From the NCBI RefSeq assembly GCF_006345805.1, contig NC_043002.1, forward strand, positions 42,036,001 through 42,100,000: DNA of 64,000 bases, read 5' to 3'. The first letter of the stretch is position 1. Every line of letters begins with the position of its first letter. The notes under the pieces were generated by a model, which was not told where the DNA came from, searched no databases, and saw nothing but the letters and a program-made list of their open reading frames with translations. This document shows positions 38,420 to 51,113 of this stretch, piece after piece. The DNA comes from Octopus sinensis (lineage: Eukaryota). The translations under genes were made by a program, and so were the position numbers.

Positions 38420-38560
38420 CACATACATATATACACACATGAATGCATCCATCCATCCATCCATCCATCTATCCATACATACATTCATACATACATACAT
38501 ACATACATACAACATACATACATACATACATACATACATACATACATACATACTACATAT
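38185..38560. repeat. (TA)(AG)(GATA)(CATC)(TACA) compound microsatellite
   Basis: Direct inspection. Confidence 0.95.
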
Positions 38561-39790
38561 ACGCGTATAGTTACATTGCATGCTAAAACGAAGACAAAAA
38601 TGCATTCATATAAATGATGATGACGATGACGTTGACAATAATGATGATGATGATGTGGAGGAGGAGGCAGAAGAGGAAGTGAACGTAGAGAACGGAGAAG
38701 ATGAGGATGTTAATGATTTTTAAAAAAAATTAATATTTGTCAAAATTTATATACTTGGGAAGACCAAAACAAAAGCAAACAAAAGCACAATGGTATTACG
38801 GCGAGGATAAACAGACGTTTATAGAGATGGGAGTTAAGATCGTTCACACTGAATGAAGGTTTTCCAATTTACATTCTTACCATACAAACATTTCATAATT
38901 CTTAATTTAGTAGTGATTGCCATTCAGCCCCAGGTCAGCTATGACTGACATATCTATGCCCTAAAGGACTGGATGGTTACAGCTGTTCTCACTTTTTTTT
39001 TCATAAGCTAATTAAATATGATATAATTATTTTTCTGTATTCATCTCTTTAATAATTTAATTTTCTAATTAATTAAATTTTAGGCATTCAGACACCCTAC
39101 ATTCACAGACAGCTCTGTTTTGAAATTTCGTTTCTTCCATTAGCGTCTTGTGGTCGAATTAAGGAAATGAAAATACTTAAAAGACTTCAGAGAAGTAGAT
39201 GAGAATAATTGAAAAGACTGACTTTTTTTCTGTTTTTGTAAATAAAAATAAAATCAAACGCTTGGGAAATGTATGTAAAAGTTGAAAATGCTTTTCACTC
39301 ACCCTTCTTCCCTTCTTTCCATCCATTCATCCATTCATCCATCCATCCATCTATCCATCCATTTTCGTCTCCACTATTCCCAAGAGTATCGTGAGGGTAA
39401 AGTCCTCAGGCGCTTCCCTCAGTGTTTCATGTCAAAAGTCACCGTCGTTACACTTTACAGCGGGATTCTCCAGCCTGGTCAGTTATAGATACTAATCAAC
39501 TATCTCGGTTTTGGTCCACCCGTAACTCTTCCGCCGGTTGGTCCGACTTGAAGAATCTGTACGGTGATTTTTTCTCTCCGAAGCAGCCTAACCACATATC
39601 CATAGTACCGACGCTATGACGGTACTACAGACCAATGCTGTGACCTCGAGCAGCTCGATCTGGATAGATTACTAATCTTTAGGCTATACATCCTGCCGGG
39701 TTAAAGAAACTTAGAGTATCCTACAATTTTCTCAGAGTGTTCTTTCTTTTTTGTTTTTTCTTTGAATTTGTACAATGTATACTTTTTCTG

Positions 39791-40086
39791 TAGTGGTCAG
39801 GGTATTTGGTTCACGATCGTAAGGTCGCGAGTTCGATTTCCGGCGGCACGTTGTGACTTTGAGTAAGACACTTCATTTCCCGTTGCTCCAGTCCACTCAC
39901 CTGGCAAAAATGGGTTGTACCTGAATTTCAAAAGGTCAGCCTTATCCCACTTTGTATCACGCCGAATCTCCCCCAGAATTACGTTAAGGGCACACGTGTC
40001 TGTGAAGTGCTCGGCCACTTGCACATTAATTTCACGAGCAGGCTATTCCGTTGATCGGATCAACTCGTCGTAACTGACGGAGTGCC
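39791..40086 (+). mobile_element. SINE-C (tRNA plus CORE domain)
   Basis: B-box gagttcgatttcc, CORE-like gtgactttgagtaagacactt...ttgctccagtccactcacctgg, 3' end cgtcgtaactgacggagtgcc. Confidence 0.85.
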
Positions 40087-40406
40087 ATACTTTCACTGTC
40101 AAATTCATCAAACTTAATGCAGACTGTCTTTTTCAACAATATGATGTTACAAGGAATAAAGGGAAGATATTTCAACCTGAGTTATATCTGTGTACGTGTG
40201 GTTGGAATGGGAGGGTCGGTAGCGCGCTTGTCTATTTGTGCTAAATTCTTGTCACTTCTGTTTTCGAAGAACCCACTCGTATTATTCCGCAAGCTATGAA
40301 ATGGTGTTTATACTAATATTAAAATATTTAATCTTAATCTTATCGCCTCTTTCTTCTCCAAAATATATCACACCTTTTAGAAAGGTTTTCAAATTATGAA
40401 CCACAT

Positions 40407-40660
40407 AGGCGCAGAGTTTGGCTGTGTGGTTTAAAAGCCTGCTTTACAACCTAGTGGATCAGTCCCACTGTGTGACATCTTAGGCAAGTGTCTTTTACAA
40501 TAGCCTCGGGCCGATTAATGAATGCCTTGAGAGTGAGTTTGGTAGACGGAAATTAGCATTTCGGCAAAAGTGACTGAAAAAAGTATTAGTATCGATAAAT
40601 CCCCTCAAAGCGGTGTTCCAGCATGACCGCAGTCCAATGACTGAAACAAATAAACGATAA
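40407..40660 (+). mobile_element. SINE-A, old, central deletion
   Basis: Head to ttggtagacggaaa, then jumps to cggtgttccagcatgaccgcagtccaatgactgaaac. Confidence 0.8.
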
Positions 40661-41027
40661 AACTTTAAAAGAACATTCAATGAAGTCACGTGTTTCTTCA
40701 ATCATCTTCTGTTGTTTTTTTTAATTATATTGTTACAAAGATTATGCTGTCTGTTGGCTTTGCATAATCAACTTGTAACTCTTCGTGGTGGATTACTTCC
40801 TATCAATCTCAATATCAAGGAAAATTGATAGAAATAGAAATAATTAAGAAATCTTTAGAATTATTCTTTGACAAGAATTCTATCATTTTCGATTGGAAAT
40901 CTTTCAATTGTGAGACTTTCATGAAAATTTTAGGTTCCCTTAAAATGTTCAATGAAAAACAAAGTACTTTGAAATTGAAAGTATTATTGTGTTGGACCTA
41001 GTTTATGTTCGTTATTTAATCAGTAAG

Positions 41028-41168
41028 TTAAAGAAGGGCAGCATTAACAGTCTTTGAAGGTCTCTTCAAATGAGTTAAATCAATGTCATTGAGGTTCAGT
41101 TTAAATTTCTGAAGGTCAACGTCAGCAGTAAGAACACGAGCAGGAAAGAAATTTTTTTTACAAAAAAT
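41028..41168 (-). CDS. Tentative terminal exon IFCKKNFFPARVLTADVDLQKFKLNLNDIDLTHLKRPSKTVNAALL*
   Basis: 46 open codons from acceptor aaaacag| to TAA, with protein-like composition. No homology recognised; may be chance. Confidence 0.15.
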   Translation of the reverse strand: MFCKKNFFPARVLTADVDLQKFKLNLNDIDLTHLKRPSKTVNAALL

Positions 41169-41551
41169 CTGTTTTGTAAACTAAAATGTTAAAGCAATGT
41201 TTTTGAACTGAAGTGGGTGAAACAGTGGAAATGAAAAGAGGAAAGCTGATTGCAATGATCAGTTAGGCTGGAGGTGGTTTGCCCTAGCTTTTTATGACTA
41301 ACAAAAGCCAATTGTAATAGAACTAGAAGTAGAGAAAAGAACTAGCATATTTTCGTGCTGGCTGTTGAGCGTTGATGAATAATTACACACCAACGAAAAG
41401 CACAATTTTCTTTTGGATATATTCTAAAAGGTTTTGCAGCAACGTCATGCGAAAAGTACTTGAATGTTGGTCCCATCAAGTGAACAGGATTGAATTATTT
41501 TCTCTACCTGAAAAGGAATCTTACAGCTCTTGCTATTCTGTATACGTAATA

Positions 41552-41753
41552 TCCTTTCTACTATAAGCACAAAGCCTGAAATTTGAGAGGAGTGGGTAAG
41601 TCGACCTCCGTGTGTAACTGGTACTTATTTAATCGACCGCGAAAGGATGAGAGGCAAAGTCGACCTCGATGGAATTTGAACTCAGAACGTAGTGACGGGC
41701 GAAATACCGCTAAGCATCTCGCCCGGCGTGCTAACGATTCTGCCAGTTTGCCT
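41552..41753 (-). mobile_element. SINE-B
   Basis: Near-complete head and body. Confidence 0.88.
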
Positions 41754-42067
41754 TCATATATACGTAATATTGCAACGTGAAATTGACAGGCGAGGGTCTA
41801 GTATTTGTAGTGAGTTTGAGGATTTTATTGTTTGTTGTTCATGCCAAGGGACAGTGTAGTGTAAGATTATTCCTGTTATATGTATAGCGATGAATGTAAT
41901 ATAAAATTTGCAGTCTGCAAGCAGAAGGAACGTTCATCAATTTAATAGTGATGTCTATGCTCACAGCGAAATGGCGATGTTACAAGATTGAGGGAGTCAT
42001 TTGAGAAAGAAATATGTCTTCTTTGTTGTTGTAGTCTCGTCATCGCCGTCACCATCATCATCCCGTT

Positions 42068-42165
42068 TTGCCGCCGTCTTTGCTGCCATCTTTGCCGCCG
42101 TCTTCGCCGCCATCTTTGCCACCGTCTTTGCTGCCGTCTTTGCTGCTTTCTTTGCCACCATCGCC
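42068..42165. repeat. 12-bp minisatellite (gccgccgtcttt)-like, about 7 copies
   Basis: Direct inspection. Confidence 0.8.
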
Positions 42166-43374
42166 GTCACTGATGTAGCTGTTGCTATTGTTATTCTTTT
42201 ATTGATCCCCAGGTCGGCTTTGAGCGAGCAAACCTATTTTAAAAGGCTTTCCAGATCCATGACTATCCTGTCTTATTTCTAGACTACGTTTATGTCACAG
42301 CAAAGTGAAATTTTAAAGAAATTTGGCTGTTATTTCTAGAAAGCAGAGCAACTACCGAAAGCCGTTTTCTCCACCGAGAAAGGCTTTGTATGATGGTTGC
42401 TCAGTCTGCTAACACAGGTTGTGTTTAATGTCTTAGGGCAGAACACGTGACAGGATACAAATTCTCGAACTCTCGGTTGCTTGGTCCCTTACTGTGTACC
42501 ATTGGCCATCCAAACTCACCACAGAAATATCGATAAACTAATCTATGGATAGATTACACTTAAATCTCAGCGAAACATCTTCTAATTACTTGTAGAGAAA
42601 TCAATAATTAAATAAAGAGACAAATATATAAATAAATACTTCCCACAACGACTGACTCATCAATATTCAATCACAAATCTCTTGAAATATAGTTTTGATC
42701 GATTAGTCATCAAAATAAAAGTTGATTTCGTTTTTGTGTATTATAAAGTAACAACAACACTTAACAATAGCAATGTTAATAGTAATAGAGACAATGATGA
42801 CGAAGAGATGGCGGTGGCGACGATGATGATGATGATGATGATGATGATTTCTTTTTATTTGCAATAAGAGTGGCGGGAGGTGGAACATTACAGTAACAGT
42901 TTTTAAAAACGGAGTGTTTTATGCAGAATCGATTACGGAAAAAAATAAATAAATAAAAAATAAAAAATTAAATTTAAAAATAAAAATGAAGGCGTGAAAA
43001 TCGACTGCAAAATAGCAACTTTTGTGAGTAGGCTCATTCAGGCGAGCTATGCTTGCCATTTGCAACAACATTTTCTGACAGCAACTCATAGTTATTTACT
43101 ACTCGTACAATGTGCAATGTGGCCGGTGGTACGTCAACTCTTATTTTCTGCCGAAATCTGAAAATGACATTTTAGAAGACCAAAAAAAAAAAAAAAAAAA
43201 AAAAAAATGAGGCTCCCAAAAAAGTTAACAGAGGAACAACTAACCATATCATGGAATAAAACGGAACATATTAACAGAAGAATAAAGCGCTCAAATAGGT
43301 AATATGAAATGTAATCATAACAAACTGATAGAGCGATGAAAATTCGTATTTCAATATTGAGGAACAGCAACACA

Positions 43375-43590
43375 AATATTCTTTTTTTAAGATAGATACA
43401 AGACCTGGAGTTTGGCGGGATGAATCAAGTCAATACAATCGACCACAGTATTTTACTGGTATTTTATTATGTCAAAGCGTGAAGGATGAAAGGCAAAGCT
43501 AACCACGACGAGATTTAAACTCAGAATATATAAAATATATAAAATCAGAACAAACACTGCAAAGTCTGACGTCCTAACGATTCTTCCAAG
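43375..43590 (-). mobile_element. SINE-B, decayed (further decayed copies at about 45345-45480, 45975-46200, 46675-46850)
   Basis: gaaggatgaaaggcaaag...tttaaactcagaa motifs. Confidence 0.65.
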
Positions 43591-44530
43591 GTTTTCTTTT
43601 ATACTACGAAGGTGATAGATAAGTGGATATTACAAGGGCAGGTTACATAAAGTGTACTGGAGGTTAACTCTGGAATCAAATGAAAAGAAATAGAAAGTAA
43701 TACGCACTATAAACTGCAATACAGAACAGGTAGAGTAGAGCCACCACTTAAAACCAGTCAAGTAACTCCACAGATGCCGGGTGCTTTCTGAGAGTAGGCT
43801 CATTCAGTTGGATCATACTTATCATTTTCACCCACCTTCCATTAAAGTTACCGGAGACCAGTACCTGCCTCTTTATCCTCATCTCGCTCTCTCTGTGGCA
43901 CATATGAAAAAGCCGATGGGAGCTTAGTCGAAATGGAATGCATCTGTCCTCATTTCTCTCAGTCGTGTCCACAATCTCTTTCGCCAAAGCCACCAGAAAG
44001 GAAAACTATCATTCCTTCCCGATCAAAAGAAGGCAACCGAACGATCTATAAGATGGGCTCACTCGATAGCTAGATTCATCCCACACATGGCAATAGCTGT
44101 TGGATATAACTCTACATGTCAAGAATACAAAGACACTGTACGAATGCGCGCAGTACGGCTTCATCGCTCTGCACACATCTTGGTCAGGCTTGACTCACGG
44201 CTCTTCCGTGGATAGAATTTGAACATACAATGCCCTTGACTGAATCTCTTCTGAAAGAGACCAACCTATTGATTCTCGTGGACGACTATATTCTCACTAG
44301 TCATCTACTGAATGCTAAATTGTAAGTTCCATCTATCCTATTGCCAGTCTTGTAGAGAGCTCCTTGATGCCAGGCCACTGGTCTTTGTCTTTGCTTGATC
44401 CAGGACAACAGCTGCGTCAAAGAAACGGGTTGTGAGAAACCTACCTCACTGTCAGGGAATCTAACTTGGTGCCTTAGCCTCAATGGCTGATTGCTCCTCA
44501 TAAATTTTACGTAAAAGTCGCTACTGCTGC

Positions 44531-44906
44531 TGTTTGTTTGTTTGTTTGTTGAGGAAAGTGGTCTTCGTCCCAGTGGGAGAAGTCCGAAACGTGGTCCTTT
44601 GCTATTCGTAAAACCCGCAGAAGAGAAAGCGGGTCAACCCCCGGCACCGAGAGCATCGACGGATGGATGAATGCGCATCCAGGCTCAGCGGTTGCGTAGG
44701 AAGTCGGGGACAAGAAACAAGAAGAAAGAGTGAGAGAAAGTTGGAGCGAAAGAGTACAACAGGGGTCGCCACCACCCCCTGCCGGAGCCTCGTGGAGCTT
44801 TAGGTATTTTCACTCAATAAGCACACACAACGTCCGGTCTGGGAATCGAAACCGCGATCCTCCGACCGCGAGTCCGCTGCCCTAACCATTGGGCCATTGC
44901 GCCTCC
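44531..44906 (-). mobile_element. SINE-E, full length, tRNA-derived with (CAAA)n tail
   Basis: Minus strand GGAGGCGCAATGGCCCAATGGTTAGGGC (A box) ... GGTTTCGATTCC (B box), GC-rich body, tail at 44531-44550. Confidence 0.85.
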
Positions 44907-46227
44907 ACTACTGCTGCTGTTGTCATTAATGCAGTCGCTGTCTTCAAAATAACTTATTTGAGTATATGGGACATTTTTTTTTATTAATTGTTCACTAAAA
45001 GTGTTCATTTTCTTTTCCCTTTTGAAAAATATTTGTGTGCTTTGATTTTGTGTCGTTGTTTTTCTTTTATTTCCATTGCACTGTTTAGTCTTGTATAAAA
45101 ATAATGTAAGGTAGCCATTTTAGATGCGAAAATGTAACAATAGTAAATAAAATTTTTAAAGTTCTTGAAACGAGCCTTTTTATCTTCTGCTATCTATTTC
45201 ATGCATCGGAGCAGTCCTTTTAAAGAAAATTATTATAATTTTTACAAATACTCCAGTGGAAATTTCATTTGGTAATATTTAAATAGATTGTTTTTCATAA
45301 GGTGAAAGAAAAATACGTTTTTACACAATGAGAGACAAATACAATCGTTTCTACTAGAGGGACAAGGCGTGAAATTTTATGGAGACTAATCGAATACATC
45401 GACCCCTGTCATCGCCAGATGCTTATTTCACCAACCCGAAAGAATTGAAAGCAAAACCGACCTCGTCGGAATAACGAGAAGCAAATACAATAATCTTATA
45501 ATAATTCTGCTTGTTCCTCCGTTACTTAGCCAGTCCGTAACACTATAACGTGATTAGTTGAAGGGGAAGGGATGAGAGAGAGAGGTCGTGGTGAGGGAAA
45601 TGTACAATTTTTTAAAACTAAGTTTTTCCTCCGTTACTTAGCTCGTTTGTAACGCTTTCACGTAATTAGTTAAAGGGAATGGTGAAGAGCGAAAGAGAAA
45701 GAAAAAGAGTCGAAGGGTGAGAGAGAAAGAGGGAGAGTATTATGTATTAAGTCAACAAAATTCTGCATAAAGTATATAAAATGTATATATAAAGTGCATT
45801 AAGTAACCATCGTATTCCAGTTTCCTTCACTTTTCAATGATTAGCTGATGAGCGACTATTTTCTGATACAGACACAACACAGGTTACACTTTAAGGTTTT
45901 TTTAAATAAAGTTTTCAGAAATAACCCAATAAGTTTACCATTAGCTCTGTGAAATATTCATGGGTCCCGCTAGTAATAATAATTCTTCCTAATTTTAGCA
46001 CAAAGCCAGAAATTTTCTTTCTGGTGTAGGGATGGGAGGGTGTTAGATGATACAATTGGCCCCAGTATTTGGTTGGTTCTTTATTTTATTGACTCTAAAA
46101 TGAGGAAAAGGACAGCTAATCTCGGTAGGATTTGAACTGTGAATAAAGAGAGCCGGAACAAATATTGAAAGGCATCTTTTCCGACGATTTTGCCAAGACA
46201 CACTGACTTGATAACAATAATAACAAG

Positions 46228-46590
46228 AGGACTCAAAGAGCGCAAACCTCCCCCAAGGCAACATCAACGTCCTCTCAACGATTAGCCAGAGAGGATTTTG
46301 AAAATGAGAATATCTGAAATAAACTCAACTGCTCTCACTAAGGAGAATACTAAAAGTGAACCCAATCGCTCTCAAAAATTAATTAAAACGAACAGGAAAA
46401 ATAATCCAGAATCCTTGTCCGGTACGAGATCGATCCCAAAATCTAATCAGTTCGTGCCAGTCATGAGGCCAAACATCCCTGAAAGTTTCATCCGAATCCA
46501 TCCAGCGGTTCTTGAGATATCTTGTCCACGGACAAACGAACAAACGCGACTGAACACAATACCTCCGCCTTAACGAAGGCGGAGATTATA
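46228..46590 (-). mobile_element. HINE/DINE-1-like non-autonomous Helentron, copy 2
   Basis: Reverse-complement homolog of 14062-14397. Retains the 5' perfect hairpin ctccgcctt-aacg-aaggcggag (46563-46584). Confidence 0.75.
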
Positions 46591-47359
46591 ATGGTTTCTA
46601 ATCTAAACATAAGGTCAGTAATATTTGGTGGTGGTGGTGGTGGGGGGGGTTGTCAATTATATCATCACCCGTACTTGACTCGTACTTTGTTATAATAAAA
46701 AAAAAAACAGCGAAAAGATGAAAGGCGAAGTAAACTTCGGTGAGATTTGATCCCAGAATGTAAAGATTTGCAAGAAAGAAAAACAAAACTTCATTTTTTT
46801 TTTTTTTTTTTTTCAGATGCTCAAATGATTCTGCCAATTCACACCGCTCTAGTAACAACAACAATAACAACAGCAACAACATCAGCGACGACGACTACGA
46901 CGACTACGACGATGATATAAAAATATAAAGAAAATTCACAAACGGAAAAATAATTCACCAAACAGTTTTAGAATTTGATGTAAAGTGTCATTTTTGGCCA
47001 GCTGACGTCTACCATTAGCATTCCAGTCGTAGCAGTAAATTGGTACAGACTGGAAATCTTTCACTCAGAAAACGCTGCATCTAGAAAATATTCCAATTTA
47101 TTTATTTATCCATTTGTTTATACATTTTTTTCACTTTTTATTTTGCTATTTTGTTTCAGTTGTGAGATCTTATTCATTTTTTTTTTTGTTGGTATGTTTT
47201 TCTTGTTTTTCTTGTTTGTTTTTGTTTTTTTTTTGTTTCTTTTCACCACCGTCTGATGACAGTTGTTTGGTGTGATGGAATAATTTTAGCGAAAAAGCGG
47301 AAGTGGACCCCAGGAGAATAAGAATGAGGAACGTCACACAGACATCTGTGTTCGTACGT

Positions 47360-47600
47360 ATATACATACACATACATACATACATACATACATACATACA
47401 TACAGACAGACAGACAGACAGACACACACACACACACGCGCACTTACACAAACATACACGCAAACACACATATGAGGGGAGTGTACATATGTATGTATAG
47501 CATTCTCATACGCATATAGTTTATACCTAAGTTCTTACGTAAATGCATGCATACGTACATAAATGCATATATATATATGTATATATATAATATAATATAT

Positions 47601-47660
<60 letters not shown>

Positions 47661-48618
47661 GTATATGTATGTATGTATATATATATATATATATATATAT
47701 AATACATACACTATACAAATTTACATATGTATATGTATATGTATGCATGTATGTATGTATGTATGTGTAAATATATATATGCATACTTAAGTATAGCATA
47801 AAGGTGTATATGGTTACATACATATATGCATACAGACAGACTGGCAGACAGACACATCAGACACATCGACAGGCAAACAGACGGAAGGACAGACGGACAG
47901 ATAGATGAATATAGAAGCAGATGGATACACCGATAAATTTATGTATTCACACGTACATACATATATACATAGATATGCATATACATACATGCATACATAC
48001 GCATACATACACACACACATACACGCACATATATATATACATACAGGCATATATACACACATTCTTACATGTATGCATACACTTACAAGCATACGTAGAC
48101 ACACACATAAGTATACTCATATGCATACATTGCATAAATTCTTACATACATATATAAATGCGTGCATACATACAAATGCCTAAAGACTTAAATTGCGAAG
48201 TTTGATCAAAGAAAAGAAAATTAAAAGAACTAAAACAGCATAAACTTCGGTTAGAGAAAACAGCAGAAAGCTTCCAATGTAAAATAGAAGACGATAGAAG
48301 CTAAGAGTGTCAAAGAGGTGTTGTTGTGTGATGAGTGAATAACATAAATGATAGAGCAAGTTGACGTAAAAGAGAAGAGAAAGAAATATTTAGGGAGAAT
48401 TTACAAAAAAAAAAACAACAACTTTTTCAATAGCAGAAGGAAGAGAAAATTATATAGGAGAAAATACAGCTGAATGCTATGTGTGATAGTTGTGACACTG
48501 TCTGTTCGCTAGTCATACAATGATGTGTGTGGGTGTATACAACATACATACATACATACATACATACATACATACATACATACATACACATACATACATA
48601 CATACATACATATATAAA

Positions 48619-48669
<51 letters not shown>

Positions 48670-48686
48670 TATTATATATATATATG

Positions 48687-48731
<45 letters not shown>

Positions 48732-48776
48732 TATATATATATATATATATGTATATGTATGTATATACACACACTC

Positions 48777-48809
<33 letters not shown>

Positions 48810-48820
48810 ATATATATATA

Positions 48821-48910
<90 letters not shown>

Positions 48911-49126
48911 ATATATATATATATATAAGTAAATATATATATATACAAATATATATGTATATATATAATATTTTGTATATGTATGCTATGCAGGTGTGTA
49001 TCTTGTTAACTATGTACAAACAAACACACACACACACACACGCACATGCACACACATATATATAAAATAACAAGGGAGTAGGAAATTGTTATGGACCTCA
49101 CGTGAGTGTGTTTTTGCATACACACA

Positions 49127-49164
<38 letters not shown>

Positions 49165-49165
49165 C
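47360..49165. repeat. Large microsatellite field (TACA, GACA, TA, CA)
   Basis: Direct inspection. Source of many spurious ORFs. Confidence 0.95.
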
Positions 49166-49297
49166 TACACATGCGCACGCACACTTTGTTTTTGAAAACT
49201 TAAAAGATATATTATTCAGATTTTAAAGATGGTTTGTTTTAAAAGCGAGCACAAATTTTAATTTGAACTTGTAGCAAACGTCGCAATTTTTAAAATC

Positions 49298-49393
49298 CTT
49301 CGTCTTCTTCTTCTTCTTCTTCTTCTTCTTCTTCTTCTTCTTCTTCTTCTTCTTCGTCCTCCTCCTCGTCCTCCTTCTCCTCCTCCTCCTCCA

Positions 49394-49462
<69 letters not shown>

Positions 49463-49463
49463 G
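49298..49463. repeat. (CTT)n to (CCT)n to (CTA)n compound trinucleotide tract
   Basis: Direct inspection. Confidence 0.95.
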
Positions 49464-49509
49464 TTTATTCAAAGGGAGACAAGCAGAGTGCATAACGATA
49501 GACTCAAAG

Positions 49510-49750
49510 GAAATTCTAACTGGACTCCACTTGCAAGTAACATAGGAACATTCTAACTGGACACCACCTGCTAGGTCAGGCGCTGTAAATCTTGATATGT
49601 AAATCTTGTCGTGCACATATGGTTGTGATGCATGTACCTGGAGTACTCTTTCAAGACAGGTAGTCATGATGGGTATATTGGGCTTCGTATATTTTACCCC
49701 AGTGTCACTTTGATGGTGTATACTTCTCTCTCACTCAGTAATAATAATAA
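49510..49750 (+). mobile_element. 5'-truncated copy of element X with (TAA)4 at its 3' end
   Basis: Homologous to 50895-51086 (gcacatatggttgtgatgcatgt...gtagtcatgatgggtatattgggcttcgtatattttaccccagtgtcactttgatgg...ctctctcactc). Confidence 0.85.
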
Positions 49751-50143
49751 TTGTTTTAAATTTTGTCACAAGGGCAGCAATTTTGGGGGAGGGGATGAAT
49801 CGATTACATCGACCACAGAGTTCAACCGGTACTTAATTTATCAACCTCGAAAAGACGAAAGGTAAAGTCGACCTCGGCGGAATTTGAACGTAGCGACGGG
49901 CGAAATACCTGTTTCTTTATTACCCATAAGGGGCTAAACATAGAGGGGACAAACAAGGACAGACAAACGGATTAAGTCGATTACATCGACCCCAGCGCGT
50001 AACTGGTACTTAATTTATCGACCCCGAAAGGATGAAAAGCAAAGTCGACCTCGGCGGAATTTGAACTCAGAACGTAACGGCAGACGAAATACCGCTAAGC
50101 ATTTCGCCCGGCGTGCTAAAGTTTTTGCCAGCTCGCCGCCTTT

Positions 50144-50193
<50 letters not shown>

Positions 50194-50411
50194 TTATTTC
50201 TTTACTACCCACAAGGGGCCAAACACAGAGGGGACAAACAAGGACAGACAAAGGGACCAAGTCGATTATATCGACCCCAGTGCGTAACTGGTACTTAATT
50301 TATCGACCCCGAAAGGATGAAAGGCAAAGTCGACCTCGGCGGAATTTGAACTCAGAACGTAACGGCAGACGAAATACGGCTACGCATTTTCGTCCGGCGT
50401 GCTAACGTTTC
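49751..50411 (-). mobile_element. Three tandem SINE-B units with an (AAT)n array at 50146-50193
   Basis: Units at 49751-49909, 49910-50140 and 50194-50411. Confidence 0.9.
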
Positions 50412-50430
50412 AATAATAATAATAATAATA

Positions 50431-50547
50431 ATGCCCTGATGCAGTAAATGCCCTGATGCAGTAAATGCCCTGATGCAGTAAATGCCCTAATGCAGTAAAT
50501 GCCCTGATGCAGTAAATGCCCTGATGCAGTAAATGCCCTGATGCAGT
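50431..50547 (+). repeat. 7 tandem copies of the 17-mer atgccctgatgcagtaa
   Basis: Copies start at 50431, 50448, 50465, 50482 (one G>A), 50499, 50516 and 50533. Confidence 0.97.
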
Positions 50548-51086
50548 ACCAGGCAGTGGCTCTCATGGCTTCTGATCTTAACTGATTGGAGGTGTTATCA
50601 TGTACATTGTTTTGTCTTGGTATAAAAGATGGGCTACAGCAAATATTCTGCTCAATACCACAGATTTGCTTGTCAGTTGTTTGACCTTAACCAGTTGAGC
50701 ATGTCCCTTAGTGGCTGACGATATGTGCATCTCTGATCACGAGCAGAAGTAGTGGGGGAGCATCATAGCCATGTGTTGAGAGGGATTCTTGGGGTTTGAA
50801 TAGTTCACCTCTGGAAACATGGTGGCTCTTTCAACATCCTTAAACAACCCTTAATCAGGGACCTTTTGAGCGGGATGGGCTACTCAACCTGAAGAAAATT
50901 CTAACTGGGCCCCACCTGCAAGGTCATGTGCTGTTTATCTTGATATGAGATCACCATGTCGCGCACATATGGTTGTGATGCATGTGCCTGGTGTACCTTT
51001 ATCAGACGGGTAGTCATGATGGGTATATTGGGCTTCGTATATTTTACCCCAGTGTCACTTTGATGGCATGAACTGCTCTCTCACTC
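50431..51086 (+). mobile_element. Element X: non-coding retroelement flanked by (AAT)n on both sides
   Basis: (AAT)n at 50412-50430 and 51087-51113. No ORF. A second, truncated copy lies at 49510-49736. Confidence 0.75.
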
Positions 51087-51113
51087 AATAATAATAATAA
51101 TAATAATAATAAT

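Noticed and set aside
43748-44500. L1/Tx1 endonuclease remnant or host exon
   Set aside because: Only VLVSGNFNG resembles the GDFN motif. Too weak to call without a search.
44835-44906. tRNA gene
   Set aside because: No acceptor stem closure, and it continues into a SINE body and tail. The same holds for the SINE-A to D heads.
50431-50547. CRISPR-like array
   Set aside because: Pure tandem repeats with no spacers, in eukaryotic context with no cas genes. The same applies to the 107-bp array at 34311-34800.
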